From assembly GCA_964106915.2 (NCBI GenBank), contig OZ066917.1: a stretch of 64,000 bases of DNA; one strand, written 5' to 3'. The translations under genes were made by a program, and so were the position numbers. The notes below the pieces were generated by a model that worked only from the letters and a program-made list of their open reading frames with translations, did no database searches and was not told the DNA's origin. This stretch comes from Podarcis gaigeae (taxonomy: Eukaryota). Position 1 is the stretch's first letter, and every line of letters starts with the position of its first letter. Positions 26,473 through 40,066 of the stretch are shown piece by piece.

Positions 26473-27730
26473 CACATAATGCAGCCACATCAAATTATCA
26501 CTAAATGCATAAATTGGTTTTCTTTTGTATCGAGCAACTCTTACAACATCTGTTTAAAACAGGACATTGCATAGCAGCATGAAAGAGGCAGAACTATTCT
26601 GATTTATATAAATATACCAATGTTGAATTCACATGAGTTTATACAGGTTCTTTGGTTAACACAATTTAATTATTTAAATCAATTATTTATATCCACCTGT
26701 GCTTTCAAATAACTTGATAAGAAGGTGTCAAACTCAGATTTCTACTCAATTTATCAACACCAAAATATAGTTAACTACTGTACTGCAATCCCCTTTTAAA
26801 TGACATTTGTATAACTTTCACTCTCATGCTTGAATATTCACCAGTAGTATTTAAAAAAAAAAAAAAATCCCCTACCAGGCTTTGCTGGAACTGCAAAGCA
26901 GCTTAACCTAAACAGCATATATTTAATTTTACTAGTCACTACACCATTACTTTCTAACCTTTGGTACAAAATTGTGAATATAAGCAATATATTTAGTGTA
27001 ACTATAAATTACTCCCCAAACCTCCTTATATATTGTATCATTCCTATAGAAACAGAACCTCAGAGATTAAAGTGTGTGCACACATTTGTATAGATTCTGA
27101 AGGTAAAACATTGTTGCTGCAACAAGTTTGTTAGCCAAGTAGAAAAGGCTTAATCATCTCCTATCATTGTTAGATTTCTGTCCCCCTCTCACCTATTACT
27201 AGCACATAAACATGAAATTTCCTGTTTATACTTGTGCTATAACTGAATAAATCCTGCAGATATCCCTGATATGCACCAACCTGCCAGGAATTTTCCCTAA
27301 AAAGGCATAAAGTGAGGCGGGGAGGGGGCAAACAGAGAGAAACTTACTGTGTTTGACAGAAGACCAATTTTTGCTCTCTTACATAAAATCAACCACCTGA
27401 ACTTTACTTGCTCCCAAACATGTGCTATGGTTTCAAAATTTATAACATTTCCCCCCAAATCCTCAAACACTTTTTCAAAAGGCCTTAATCACTGCTTTGA
27501 GGTAGCAGAACCTCTTAATTAGGGAAGCAATCGTGGTTTACACGGATGCACACATAAACACACACATGCTTTTCATTCCCTTCCTTGGTATTTAATATAG
27601 ATAAAACAAGGCACAATACATTGGGAAGTTCCAAATGAACTGAAGCTGTGTAACAGCATCTATTTTTAAATTATACCTTTAGCATGCACTTACCCAGTGT
27701 CCATCTTTGTGGGTGCTAGTCTTTGTCATT

Positions 27731-27750
27731 GCCACCAGCAGATGGTGACC
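27731..27750 (+). promoter_or_regulatory. CTCF-like motif (one core mismatch)
   Basis: GCCACCAGCAGATGGTGACC; the GGTG could be a deaminated GGCG. Confidence 0.35.
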
Positions 27751-28462
27751 TAAAAGATAGTACGGGCAATATATTCCCATAGGTAGCAACATGTTCTATG
27801 TATTGCATATGGGGGGGAGTCAAACATTCTTCCAGTCCCAGAGCCCTATAAACAGCAACTTGTTTCCTCTTCCTTCTCTTCAACTACAGAAGCAGAAGAT
27901 AACCCTGTCCCTCAAAGCTGAGCGACACTTTCTGATTCCTCTGATGAACTATTCCTTAGGCAAAACACCCAACATAATCAATGGGTCCATGGAGATAATT
28001 TAGAGGAAATCACAGCTACCATTCAAATTGAACCACCACTTGAAAATGACATGTACCATATGAAATACTTGGGTATTCTAACTAGTTTGCATCTAGTTTC
28101 CCAGTGCAGAATACCCACACCTTACAATTCAACATACTTTGAACATTGATTACTAAAACATGAATCATGTAGACATACCTTAGAATAGGTCAGGCTCAGA
28201 TGAACTTGTAAAATACATAACCTCCAGTAGCAAAACCTGTAACCTCAAGTTGCACATCCCTTTTTTCACTTCCTATGCCACACTGGACTACATGACAGTG
28301 GCTCCCCAAGCTTTTACTGTGGAAATCCACAAACAGAATGTAATCTTTGTTGAGGGCCAATCCTCTGTCCTGGTCCCACCCTCTGACTCAGATGGTGTTC
28401 TTTGTCTCCAGCATCCACTGCTGGAAGTCTGGTGATTGACTCATGAGAGGATGTTGACTTAC

Positions 28463-28560
28463 CATTTGGGAAATCACCACCACATCATTAAAACAGCTAC
28501 AACCATTTCTTGATAGAGGCAGACAACTTCCCTGAAACACGCCTCACTTTCCCCTTCAAA
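28463..28560 (-). other. Candidate 5' exon ending ATG|GTAAGT
   Basis: Donor at 28462-28457, with TCACGTGAC at 28685-28693 upstream. The exon start is undefined. Confidence 0.25.
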
Positions 28561-30293
28561 CAGCTTTCTTCCTATGACAGGTGACTATATGGAACAAGAC
28601 CTTGGGAAAACGTGGAGGGGGGCATAGGCCCCTGCACTGATCTTTGCAGCCACCATAACAATCAATTTTAAAAGGCATGAAGTATCACGTGACTACAGTG
28701 TGCAGTAGAATCAATATATCAAATGCCTCAGCAGTTCTTACACAGATTAGGCTAGGAAACCTCGTTTCTGGGCACTGAATGTAGCCCTCCAAGCCTCTTC
28801 CTCTGCCCTTGTTCAGCAGCCTCATTAAGTGTGGCTGGAATGTGTATTTCCACTCTGATAATAATGATGCTTGCTTGTCTGGAGAGGATAGAGAGGGGGG
28901 ATGTACAAACTAGCCTACTGAATGAAGGCAAAATTTGTGTTTGTTCCTCCATCCACTTTTTCATTTCACTCCACACACTGTTATGTGACCCTTCCAAGGT
29001 TGCTCAGAAGAGAATGTGGCCACTAGGATGGAAATGATTCCTTGCCCTCAATATAAATTAAACAAAGCAAGATGGCAAATGAATGAAGTTTAGAAACTAA
29101 AACTCAGGCTATCAGAGAACTCCTAATGTTGTCCTTTGTTTTTTTAGGAACACCTTTCAAAATAGGCCAAAATGCATAACACTTTTAAGAAAATAGATTA
29201 GATGCCTCTTTATGGTTAGAAAATTCTTGTAGAACATCTGTGTGGAATCTTGCCTTGAGATTGTTCCTCAAAACCCATCTTCTACATTAAGCCTTTGGTG
29301 CAATCTTCCAGTACTCAACCCCTACCGAATATAAACTTAATTACACATGGCTGAACTAACTGCACATTCCTATTTACCCTCTTTATTTCTCCCCTCCTTA
29401 CACTGCCCATGGCAACCATTTTGTGCTGACCCTCATGACACTTTTATCAAAATATGGGTACTTAATCTGGCACCTCACTTGTTTTTGAGGCAGATTCTAC
29501 AGCAAAAGCGTATTTCATTTTTTCTACCTAAATAATAGCCCTCTGAGGTTCATGAACATAAGGCAAGCTTCATCAACTCCACAGAGTGGAGTTGCAGAAG
29601 GGTGAGGAAGAGCTCTGCTGAGTAAATCCAGGGAGTATTCCCTGAAGAATATTCAGCACTGTGCTGCAGCAAGGAAAGTCACTTTGTATGTTCATCTTTT
29701 GATGTGACAAAACCAAAGTACAGTGGGCACCTGCATTTATTACTTTATTCTCAAACTTAAAATAAACATAGTAGTCAGAAGATAACCTATCTTTCACCAC
29801 TCAACTTCTCTTTTAAAAAGGGGTAAAAAACAATTAGAATAAATAAATAGCATTGTTACAAGTTTTTAATTTTCCAGTTTGGAATATTTTCATCCTCAGC
29901 ATAGGCAACTGGCCCCGAAAACACAATAGATAAAAGCATCTTGCTAAAATGAGTCACAGCTCTGGCTTGGGATTTTTTTTTAAGGTGTCCTATTTCTTTG
30001 ACTCATACTTTCATTCCTGGGAATTCCCCTTCAAACATTAATTTTTGAAACAGTTGCAGTACGACAAATAATTTTATGACAAACGAAAGAAGCATTCAAC
30101 ACCACCCATGAAAACCTCAAACCTATATTTATAAACAGAACTCTTCCAATAAATCATTTACAAACACGACAGACAAAACAGATTTAGAAAAATCCAAGGT
30201 GTTTTCTAGTCTACCAAAACAAGATACAAGTGGAACATGCAACAGTGTTTGAAGAAGATGCTTCATACAGTTGTCACATGGCAACGACTACAG

Positions 30294-30295
<2 letters not shown>

Positions 30296-30340
<45 letters not shown>

Positions 30341-30341
30341 T
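30296..30341. repeat. (AAT)n microsatellite
   Basis: Direct reading. Confidence 0.97.
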
Positions 30342-30405
30342 TTTCTTAAATCACTGATGAAAGTCTTTTATGCAACATACTGTAAAGGAAGGCAATTTCA
30401 CTTAC

Positions 30406-30530
30406 CTGTGATCTAAGGTATTTTCCTCCCATGAGCTGGATGATATCAGTTGATCACCTGACTGTAGTTTGAGAGAAGGAAGTCAGCTGACCATCTTTTC
30501 AGGCTGTCTTAAGCTTTAATACTTCATAGT
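30406..30530 (-). other. Candidate internal first or 5' exon with perfect donor CAG|GTAAGT; may encode MGGKYLRSQ (30432-30406, phase 0)
   Basis: Consensus donor at 30405-30400. A composite E-box/AP-1 site (30536-30548) and a CpG-retaining promoter-like stretch (30550-31300) lie immediately upstream. Confidence 0.45.
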
Positions 30531-31300
30531 ACTTTGTCATGTGAGTCAGGACAGAACCAGCTGTCACAGCTTGGGGGGGAAGGGGGGGAAATGGGCCCCT
30601 CTGTTCCCACCCTCTTCCTCCTCCTTCTCTCTTTCTCCTACCCCGCCCCCATCCTCATTCCCCGATCCATTCTTCCAACTTTTCGCTCGTTCACCGCTTG
30701 CATGGCTGGGGTCTCTCTCTCTCTCTTTCTCAGCCGAATTCCACAACATACAAGCATTTCTCTGCATCTTCAGGTTTCTACACACACACCACCACCACCA
30801 CCACGAAATCAGAGAAAAGGAGAAAAGGCACCACATTCCACAACTCTCAGTCAGCCCTGGCAAGCTATGAGGCATTTTCAGTCACACAGTACAAAATGCA
30901 TTAGTCAGAGCTGAAAGACCACACACTTTGTACCACTACCATGCGCTCAGAGAGTGGTCTGAGCTAAGCTATGGGGGGGAGGGGGGAGCAGCTTCCTGTG
31001 CCCTTGTCATTTTACCTACATTTCCCTGTTTAGGAAAAAGACATTCAGCAGAAAAAGGCAACAGCTGGAGTCCACTGTAAACGCATCTGCTTAATGTTGA
31101 GACGTCTCAGCCGCCCTATTCAGATGTCACGTCCTTTACGTAAACACCCCCCCCCCCAACAAGCAGAATGTATTGTTCCGAAGACTGCAAGACATTATCT
31201 AAATCAGAACTCCTATCTCCCCGATGTTTCGTACTTTAGGAAGCAGAGGAAACAAAAGTGGAAGTAATGCTACGTGGTTCAGATTTTCCGAAACCACATA
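30530..31300. promoter_or_regulatory. Candidate internal promoter or enhancer
   Basis: GTCATGTGA overlapping TGAGTCA (30536-30548), G/C tracts, palindrome TGAGACGTCTCA (31098-31109), TTACGTAA overlapping GTAAACA (31136-31146), and more CpGs than the flanks. Confidence 0.45.
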
Positions 31301-31341
31301 TATTTTCAGTCCTATTCTTTGCCTTGTTAACTTGTATCCAT

Positions 31342-31345
<4 letters not shown>

Positions 31346-31392
<47 letters not shown>

Positions 31393-31395
31393 TAT
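31346..31395. repeat. (AT)n microsatellite
   Basis: Direct reading. Confidence 0.97.
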
Positions 31396-33842
31396 GCACA
31401 TCTAAAAACATTTATGACGTTTTTTGGGATTCCTGAGACAAGTTCTCTCCCCACCCCTTCAGAAACTCTGACCAGAAGAGAGACTTCAGTATAAAGCAGA
31501 AAAATGAAAAGAAAATGCAACATTCCTGATCCAAATGATCTAATCGTTCATCCATCTGCTCTCTGCTTTGCCCCCCTCCTCTTGCTTCCCCTTATCTGTT
31601 GCCTGAAGGCAAGTTAGCGCTATGCATACCAGTTCAGAAGGAAATCAAATGCCACTTTGAAAATCACACTCTTGGGGAGAAAACCAAGCACATGCAGTTG
31701 TCTGTTAGAGAAATACTTGCACACAGCCCAGACTTGGCATCCCCGTTCTGCACGGGGACTGTCCCTAGTGGACTCAGTTACTGTCACTGGCTTTTTAAAA
31801 ATGAGGAGGAGGAGGAGGAAAGTACCATTTGCACTAGGATTTTTCTTTTCTTTTCTTAAGAAAGCACAGGTTTTTAGGACTGAAAACTTGAAACCAAGCA
31901 TAAGAAAGAAACTTTTTTTTTCTCATTTCTGCATGCTTACAACAGGTAAGGGTTCTGCAAGCAAATTTTTTAAAAATGAAAAAAGCATATGAGATATGAA
32001 TATAAATATTTTCCACATTTCTGTATCACATAGTTTCATACACCGGTGTCTTGATAGTGTAAGCACTCACAACTGGCAAAAGACAGAAACTGGTTTTCTT
32101 AAATGTACCCTGGAGAAGTAAAGCGATGACAGGGTGAAATACTGTACACGTCTACTTTGAAGTAAGATCTACTAAGTTCAATGGGATTTAGTGCCAGGTA
32201 AATGGATATAGGATTGCAGTCTAAAGCTACTCATTTGGCCAATCATAGCAATAACTCTTTGTTTTGCTAATTTATTTTCCTAACAAAGAATCAAGGAGAG
32301 GGGGTTAGAATAGTGTTATTCTCCAGCAATCATGAAAAACTAGCGTCTTTATTTACTTCCAAAACCAGTAGTAGCTGCTGCTATGTAGCTTTTTAGGAAA
32401 GGAAAGCTATCGCAGAAGCAGCTCTGGTACTGAATAATGTCAGCATTATAATAAAAGCAGCCTGATGAATAATTCATGGAGCAAGGAAGTACCCTAGCAT
32501 TAAATGGCAATAGATAAAACAGATCTTTCACTCCCCAATTCCGCTAAATATTTAAGTGGAACACTGAAGTCATGCAGACTGAGTACGATGGGAAAACATT
32601 TTGGATCATTTTGTATGATGCTAGCATTCTTTGAGTAATATTTGAAAGAATGGGAAGTAAAAGTAGAAGACAGGAACTGCAGTTGCCATGGCCAAGGCCC
32701 CATACATGGAATCCCTAACCAGTACAATGCTTTGCTCATCTAAACTGAAATAGGAAGAATGCACCCAATATAAAACAGCTATTAGGCTACATAATAGATA
32801 TACAGACATAGGACTCATCCTGTGACAGACTGAGATGCCAACTGTGTTCCATTTCTACTCCGGAAGCACCATTATAGGAGCTAAAAAATATCATTCACAA
32901 CATCAGGGATCAACTCATTCATCTCTTCACCTTTCAATGTTATAAATGCCTACAGTTATCTTCCCAGATCTATGGCCTAAGGTTAGTCTTCAATCTTAAA
33001 TTTGAGAGCTTTAGTAGCTGTGTTGACCAACACTACCTGAAGAGGAATGTGAAACCCATTCAGCTTCCAAGTATCTGCTGCTGGGCTAGAGACAATTGAG
33101 AATAAACTGTAAAAACCACCCAAGCTCTATAGATCAAATAAATTCTTAAGAGCAGATGGCAGAGAAGCAAAGTACTACTACTTCTCTTTAATACAGAAAA
33201 TGCAGGGTATTTGCCTCCCTTAGACAAATGTTTCTTGTCAAAGTGTGCATGGTCTAATGTGACCTAAATATTGAATAGCAATATGTCAGATAATAATAAA
33301 AACTCCAGACATTTTTTGGGGAGTGAGGAGTCAACAACTTCCACATGAGAGATCCCCAACTTCCTATAATTTCTTTGGAATGATAATTGTTCAGCACCTT
33401 CTTTAAGAGCAAACCATATTGGCTCAGTTGAGCTCTGTCTACGTTCTTTATTTAAAAGTAGTGTGAATTTTCACACTACTAACTACCAGTACCTGTCAGG
33501 ATTTCATCTGATTGTGACACCAGTGTAAATCAGACTTGCACTATTATATCCCATCTACCTTTCAGCTTTTAGAACTGCATTTTTCAAGTTGTTCAGGTTC
33601 AGGTGACACCATTTCTATTTGTTTTGCCCGCCAGAGGTTAACACCGGATGAACCGAAACCCTCCTTCCACTAAAATGTTACTGGGCTTTTTAAACACTTG
33701 CTTTTGCTTTCTTAGAATACCTTGATTGATTACAATAACTCCCTGTTCTGAATTTCATCTAAACAAAAATTCTAGGTGAGTCACTTCTGCCCAAAGTATG
33801 ACATGAGCCTAACAACACTCTCCCTACCTGTGCTCCCCAGTA

Positions 33843-34016
33843 CAGTGGTACCTCAGGTTAAGAACTTTGCTTCAGGATGAGAACAGAAATCACGCAGTAG
33901 TGGCACGGCAGCAGCGGGAGGCCCCATTAGCTAAAGTGGTACCTCAGGTTAAGAACAGTTTCAGGTTAAGAACAGACCTCCAGAACGAATTAAGTTCTTA
34001 ACCCGAGTTACCACTG
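33843..34016. mobile_element. Tc1/mariner (Tigger-like) MITE
   Basis: 25-bp TIRs CAGTGGTACCTCAGGTTAAGAACTT and AAGTTCTTAACCCGAGTTACCACTG, flanked by TA at 33841-33842 and 34017-34018. Confidence 0.9.
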
Positions 34017-34018
34017 TA

Positions 34019-34145
34019 ATTGGTATTCATAGGCCTCTGGTCCTGGAGATAATATAGCCATCCTAGGTAGTAACCATTCACTGTGTAATTCCACATAAAT
34101 TTGTCTAACCGCCTTATAAAGCCATCCTAGTGGAGGCTATCACTT
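34019..34145 (-). mobile_element. CR1-like LINE 3' fragment
   Basis: CTGGAGATAATATAGCCATC...AATTTGTCTAACCGCCTTATAAAGCCATCC resembles the antisense of reptile CR1 3' regions. Confidence 0.5.
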
Positions 34146-34510
34146 CATCTTTTTTGTAATAATAATAAATATAAATAAAAATGTGCACCCCTCCCCAAGA
34201 CCAGTCCATTGTAACTATCCAACCTCCCAAAATTTCCACGCCTCTTGCGATGGTTTGACCCCTTTCTGTTTTGACAGTACTGTACAAATTCTACAAACAC
34301 CTTCCATATCTTCTCAAAATCATTTCTCCTGCATATTCCCCACCTTATTATAGCACATGTTAATTTATCATTAATAACTATATCCCACACCTCTTTATAC
34401 CACTCTTCCATTTTATATTCACCTTGTCCCTCCCACTTCCTAGCTATAATAACTTACGCAGCTGTCAATAAATTTGTGATCAAGTCCTTCATAGCCTTAC
34501 ATCATTACAT
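34146..34510 (-). mobile_element. L1-type LINE 3' fragment
   Basis: Minus strand reads KDLITNLLTAA*VIIARKWEGQGEYKMEEWYKEVWDIVINDKLTC...FEKIWKVFVEF, typical of squamate L1 ORF2 C-termini, followed by a short AT-rich 3'UTR. Confidence 0.75.
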
Positions 34511-37089
34511 CTTAAGGACAATGTTACCTCAATACCAGAAACCAAATGTAAGTACCCAACAGGTAGGCAAGGGCAAAAGTTGGCAACCTCCTAGATGCTG
34601 CATTAGTGTGAGAAGCACAGAATTAGTTACTCTGAAAGCCACTGCCTTCCTCTCTTATCTCGAGAGGGATAGCCCCTGAGCAGTCTCCGATAGACAAAAC
34701 TCATCATACAAGTAATGTTCGTAGTTTTTAATGACAATAATTTTAATAATAACAACAAAGAAATTTTGTTGATCGTGGTTCACAAATATGATCATAGTTC
34801 TTGGAAACAGAATGCACTCCTATTTTTCAATTAAAATTAGAAAACCTTTTGACATTGTTTTTGTGTAACAAGTAAAAGCAAACATGCTGCTGCCAAGAGT
34901 TATGCTCTAACTGTCAGGTTCCCCAGATGCATATTTAACTTTCACACTTTATACCAGTGATTTCCACACCAATCATGCAACATTTCCTACAGCACTCATA
35001 ATGTATACTACTGCCCTTAGTCATCATTGGTTTCTGCAAAATCCACCACTAGGTATTTTTCAATGATCCTTGCTGTGTTATCACTCTCTCCTTCAAAAGA
35101 AGGTATTTTGTAACCATAGCAATATTTCCCCACCCTAATATTATTTCCCACAGCTTGTGCTAGATTTCTGCACTTAGCAACCACAGCAGCTCTTATTCGA
35201 AACTGCTAATATCTCCAACATTTGGAAGCTCTTTAACAAAATAATTCTTATCTATAAACACTGCATTCCCAGCTTTATGCTTTCAAACAAATCTAATAAG
35301 CAACCTATATAGAGAATGAATTCAGCATTTATATTATAAAATGTGATGTTTCAAAAAATATGTTATACCTGTTTTTATCTTTTTCATATCCACGTGGCTT
35401 CCTACAAGACTCTACCCATATTTTGTTAAAGGTGATGGATTCCGAATACTGAAATTTGTAGGTCAATACATTATCATTACACTTATTTTAGAGGCTCCAA
35501 AAGTTTACAGTGCATTTAATGTAATTTCCTCTCTCACTCTTGCCTTGTTCCAGGATTCCAAGAACTTAGAATTTCAAGTTCAGTCTAACCCAGCACCACA
35601 AATGGAATAAATATTTTTAGTAGCCCAGATTTTCCAGCACCATCATGCCCTGAGAACTATCAACACTTTTCACCGCCAGATAGTTCACTGTTTTCAGCTG
35701 CAAAACAGCCCACATTCCACAAACCACCTGCTCCTCTGAATTTATCTAACGGCCCCCAAGTCTGTAATGCAAAGTTTCCCTTCTCAAGCAGCATTTCAGC
35801 CACAAGGATAAGAGACAAGAGCTCCATATATTTCCCTCTATAAATGGAAAAGAAGGTGGGATAATGCAATATTGACTGCGGAAATGTCCAGTGGGGGAAA
35901 AGCTTAAGCACCTTCTTTCCCTTTCGGGCTGGATTTGCAGTTTCTACTGCTGTTGTTCCGTTTAAAAAAAAAGTTGGGAGGCAGACAACATCATCCTTAG
36001 ACAAGTGATCTGAGAAACTGAAGGACACTTTATCTAGCATACAGAGGAGAAAGTAGGAGATCGCTAGTCCCACTATGCTGTAACACAAAGCATTCTAGAA
36101 ATCTTTGGGGAGGGGACACCCCGAAGGCAAATATTCTTGCCCCTCTCTCTCCCTGTTCTACAGAGTTTAGTCAAAAATCAGAATCACTAGCCTCTCGTCT
36201 AAAATACGACAGTTCAAGCTATTTGTACTACTTAAATCTGCTGTATAAATCCAGCTGCAACCAGGCTTTCTGGGATTGTGCACACATTTTAATAGTTTCC
36301 TATAAAATCCATATATAACAGTGACTGTATTATATTATACACTTTAGTCTGTTAGATATCATACACATTATTGAACAAATGCATCCTTGTTATGTATGCT
36401 AATACTAAATGCAAGGAATTTATTTAAAAACAGTTTTAGAAGGAAACGTTCCACTCCAGCAAACGCTTTCTGACTGTTCACAAGTCAACATTCATTATTA
36501 ATTTTTAGGAACCACACCGGCCCTATCTCCAGGTTTATAATGTCAGGATAAAGGTAAGATGCATTAGAGAGGAGAGGAGAAAAGAAAGCGGAAGGTTAGA
36601 TGCCATATAATCTCAAAAACAAGTTTAGGGAACATTTTCCTTCAGCTACTAGCAACAGCATTCATAAATTCAGCTGAATGCAACGCAGGGGGAAAAATTC
36701 ACAAACTCTATCCCCCAATGCTCTTAACTAATGTAGAATTTTCCTCAAAAGCTACTCATTTTTTCTTTCATTTTATTAAAGATTTGCAGAAATTGAACTT
36801 TACAAACATGTAAGAGCTTTTTATTTGCCTCAGAATGCTAGTGAAATACTTCTTTATTTCCTTTATAAATGTCTCATAATTATCTACAGTTGAACCTCTA
36901 AAGTCGCTATTCTGGGGTGGGGAGAAGAGAAATTAGCTGACCCACAAGAAGCAAATTAAAACCTTAGCATGGATGCTAATGAAACATCATTCATGCTCTG
37001 TTACAGGAGGGTCTACAAGTTCAAATCAATTTGATTTTTATACTTTCTATTTACATTAGAAGCACATGCTGCTTTATAGAACTTACACT

Positions 37090-37680
37090 CACCAGAAGCG
37101 ATGCCTCAATGCCTTCCATATGAGCTGCATCAGGAAGATTTTGGGCATCACATTTTGAGACAAAGATGTGCTCTCCCAAGCCCACATCCCCATCATGCCC
37201 GCACTCCTGTCTCAGCAACATCTATGCTGGTTTAGTCATGTACACAGAATAGAAGATGGCAGGATCCCCAAGGACATCCTCTACAGGGAGCTGGCTTCAG
37301 GCACTAGGTCAATTTGGTAGACCACCTCTGTGTTACAAAGATGTCTGCAAATGTGGCATGGAGGCTGGCAACATTAACCCAACAGTCTGGGAACCCCTTG
37401 CAGACGATCACAGTGCCTGGAGACAGTCAGGTTGTGTTCCCACAGCAGTGACCAGAGGAGGAATGATGAATGATCGCTGGGAGGAGCAGAGAGAGAAGGA
37501 ACACCATGGTGCACCTGTAGCAGCAAAACCGGATGCCTTCATCTGCCCCAGGTGAAACAAAACATGTCTGTCCCACATCGGTCACTACAGCCACAGCAGT
37601 TGCTGTAATTCTCCAATGGTTGACATTACCCCCGAAGGCACACTCTTCCATTAACTCCTGAGACAGACAGATGCCAACAT
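37090..37680 (+). mobile_element. RTE-clade LINE 3' fragment (not Bov-B)
   Basis: Degenerate NAFHMSCIRKILGIT...LCWFSHVHRIEDGRIPKDILYRELASG...GRPPLCYKDVCK, a terminal C2H2-like FICPR region and a GACAGACAGATGCCAAC end. Confidence 0.85.
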
Positions 37681-38337
37681 GCAACTACATTGAGTAGTCA
37701 GAACTATGAATGGTTTGACTCAGAATAAGGCTGTTCTCATACACTCAATATACCATTTCATAAATTATGTTTTTGCTATCATCAATTTTCTATTATTTTT
37801 ACACAACAATCAAGCTTACTTTGTGAGTTTTATTGCCAGTTTCCTGTATTACATTTGTCTGTTTCCCATTTTCATTAATTTGTTAATTTCCCAGTTCTAT
37901 AGTGCTTAATTTAATAAACATTTTAGTCCAGGCATCCATACCAATGTGATATGATCTATCGATTATCATTTTCCAAATTTTCCAAATGCAAAATACTTAC
38001 AACATCCTGCCTGCATATCCTGAGGAATTGCTTAGGTGGGGAATGAGTTGATCAACAGCTGCCACTTAGGAACCTGATTTCCATATGCTTTGTCCTGCTC
38101 ATGAGCATAACCAAGCAGATTTTCCATTCCTCTCTGGGGAATTTCAACTGAAGGGCTGATATATGCTTACTTCACTTTGTCCTACATGACTTTAATATGA
38201 CTAATTTTTTTTCTTTGCAGCTCACTTATTCTTTACTGAAAGGCCTGTACAGAGAAATTCCCTTTTCTCCACCGATGGAATTCATGCAATCGCTTTTTCT
38301 TCTAGTTTTTAACAGGCTGTAGTAATTTACATCTGAC

Positions 38338-38510
38338 CTGTAGATATCCAGAACAGATTTCCGCAAACAGCAGTCGAGTTCCTGGAAAGTTCTTTGTAGT
38401 TAGAACTGCAGCAGTTTCCTCTGCAGCAGCCATGATCGGCTTTGTGTGATGATAGTATTGCACATGACCTTACAGCTGAAGTCTAGGATTGCTGTCGAAG
38501 CCAGACTTTC
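38338..38510 (-). other. Possible exon-like segment (ATG ORF MAAAEETAAVLTTKNFPGTRLLFAEICSGYLQ ending at CAG|GTCAGA)
   Basis: Locally CpG-richer unique sequence with a good Kozak context (ATCATGG) and a moderate donor. The acceptor is weak (pyrimidine tract plus AAG). Confidence 0.2.
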
Positions 38511-38805
38511 CTTGTGGGAGGAGAAAAACTAGCCCAAAAAGACAACTAGGCAGAAAAAGCAGGATTTTAAAAACAGAAATATGGGACAAAATGCCTAAAA
38601 TTCTGCCATTATGTCCTGTCATATAGCCACTTCTCCTAGTGACTTCTTAATTCTTTCGTATTATTTACTCCAGAGTTTTTTTAAAAAGCAGTAAATGAAA
38701 ACCATAGGTTAAGAGCATTTTAAGCCAAGCTCTTCCCCCTTTTCTTTTTCTATGCTAGCCTTTATGTATGAAGTAGTATTAATATTAGGAAAATCCACCA
38801 TGAAC

Positions 38806-39260
38806 CTTAGAATCACAGAGTTGGAAGGAGTCCTGTCTAATTCCTTGTTCAATGCAAGATATCCAGAGCTAGAACATATAACAGGTGGTTGTCCATTTTG
38901 CATATCCAATTCTATATCAGTCTTGAACTGCAATCCTCATCCTTCGCTAGTTATGCAGCTTATGTGAGGTGAATTAAAAGAGGAGGCAAAATAGGAAGTG
39001 AATAGTTCTTCCTTACCAGCCTTGCTAGGCAGTGTGGCGATCATTTCCTCTTCCTTCCTTTGAACATACCTGAGTAATTCCCTTTTCTTGCTCATAACTT
39101 CCCTCACCAACCTGAACTTATTCCAGGCTTTAACTTTCCTATGGCTAAAGCTTTCTCCTGAAGCTTTTTTCTTGACACTACCCCTACAAATCTGGGCAAG
39201 CTGTCCATCATTCCATTTCTTGTAGATGTCATTTTTCTTTTCAGTTCCAAATTTTAGAAA
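38806..39260 (-). mobile_element. CR1 LINE fragments (3' end ~38806-38905; ORF2 piece ~39040-39260)
   Basis: TAGAATCACAGAGTTGGAAGG is a CR1 3'-terminal signature. The antisense reads like ...DIYKKWNDG...RKVKAWNKFRLVREVMSKKR. Confidence 0.6.
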
Positions 39261-40066
39261 CCCAAATCAGCTAATGTCCCAATATTTAGTATGCCTACTA
39301 GTGAGTAAGCTCAACTGGGCTCAGTAGGGCTTACTTCTGAGTAAACGTGCTTTGGCTTGCACATAATATATATTTACATCCATAAGATAGCTTCTGGGAA
39401 ATATTCAAAGTTGAAGAAAATACATTTTATTATAACAGAACTGGTAAGATTGCAACTAAGTTTCAAAAATTATTTGCCATGCTGCATGGGATGGTGCTGA
39501 GAAATTTCATCAACTGATTAGCTTATGTGTAATGTGTAGAAAGCTTGCAGGATTTGATTATTTTAAAATGTAGAAAGAAGACTATAGTTCTACTTATTAA
39601 GACATTTGAATGCACTATACACGTTTGATATAAAATTTTAATATAAACAACACACCAGCCTGATTTTTCCATCTTTTTATGCTCATAAAATCATTTATAC
39701 AAGTCAAAAGGTTGCAGAGAACTTCAGTTTCATTGCTCACTTAACAAAAGTGGGGAAATTAAAAGGTGTTTTTTAGAACTGAGCAAAGGAAAAATACAGA
39801 ATCATAAGCTAAACATATCCCCCTCCTTCATATTACATGAAATCATTTGCATTGATTCTATATTTAGAGAATTTTATGTAAAATGTTAATATGATCATAG
39901 ATACATGATCATATATACAAAAAAATCCCTTCACATTCCCATCAAGAAACAAGTTCTCATTTCAGATTGCAAAGATTACCAGTAGCCTGTGGTTGGGTAG
40001 GTAAAATCCCCATGGTAAATTACTTCATGTAATCATTACTATGTGAGCCAAAATCTGTAAAAATGT

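Noticed and set aside
30534-31992. Cluster of overlapping ORFs
   Set aside because: Driven by simple repeats ((CAC)n, (AT)n, (GAG)n, (CT)n), with no coding signature.
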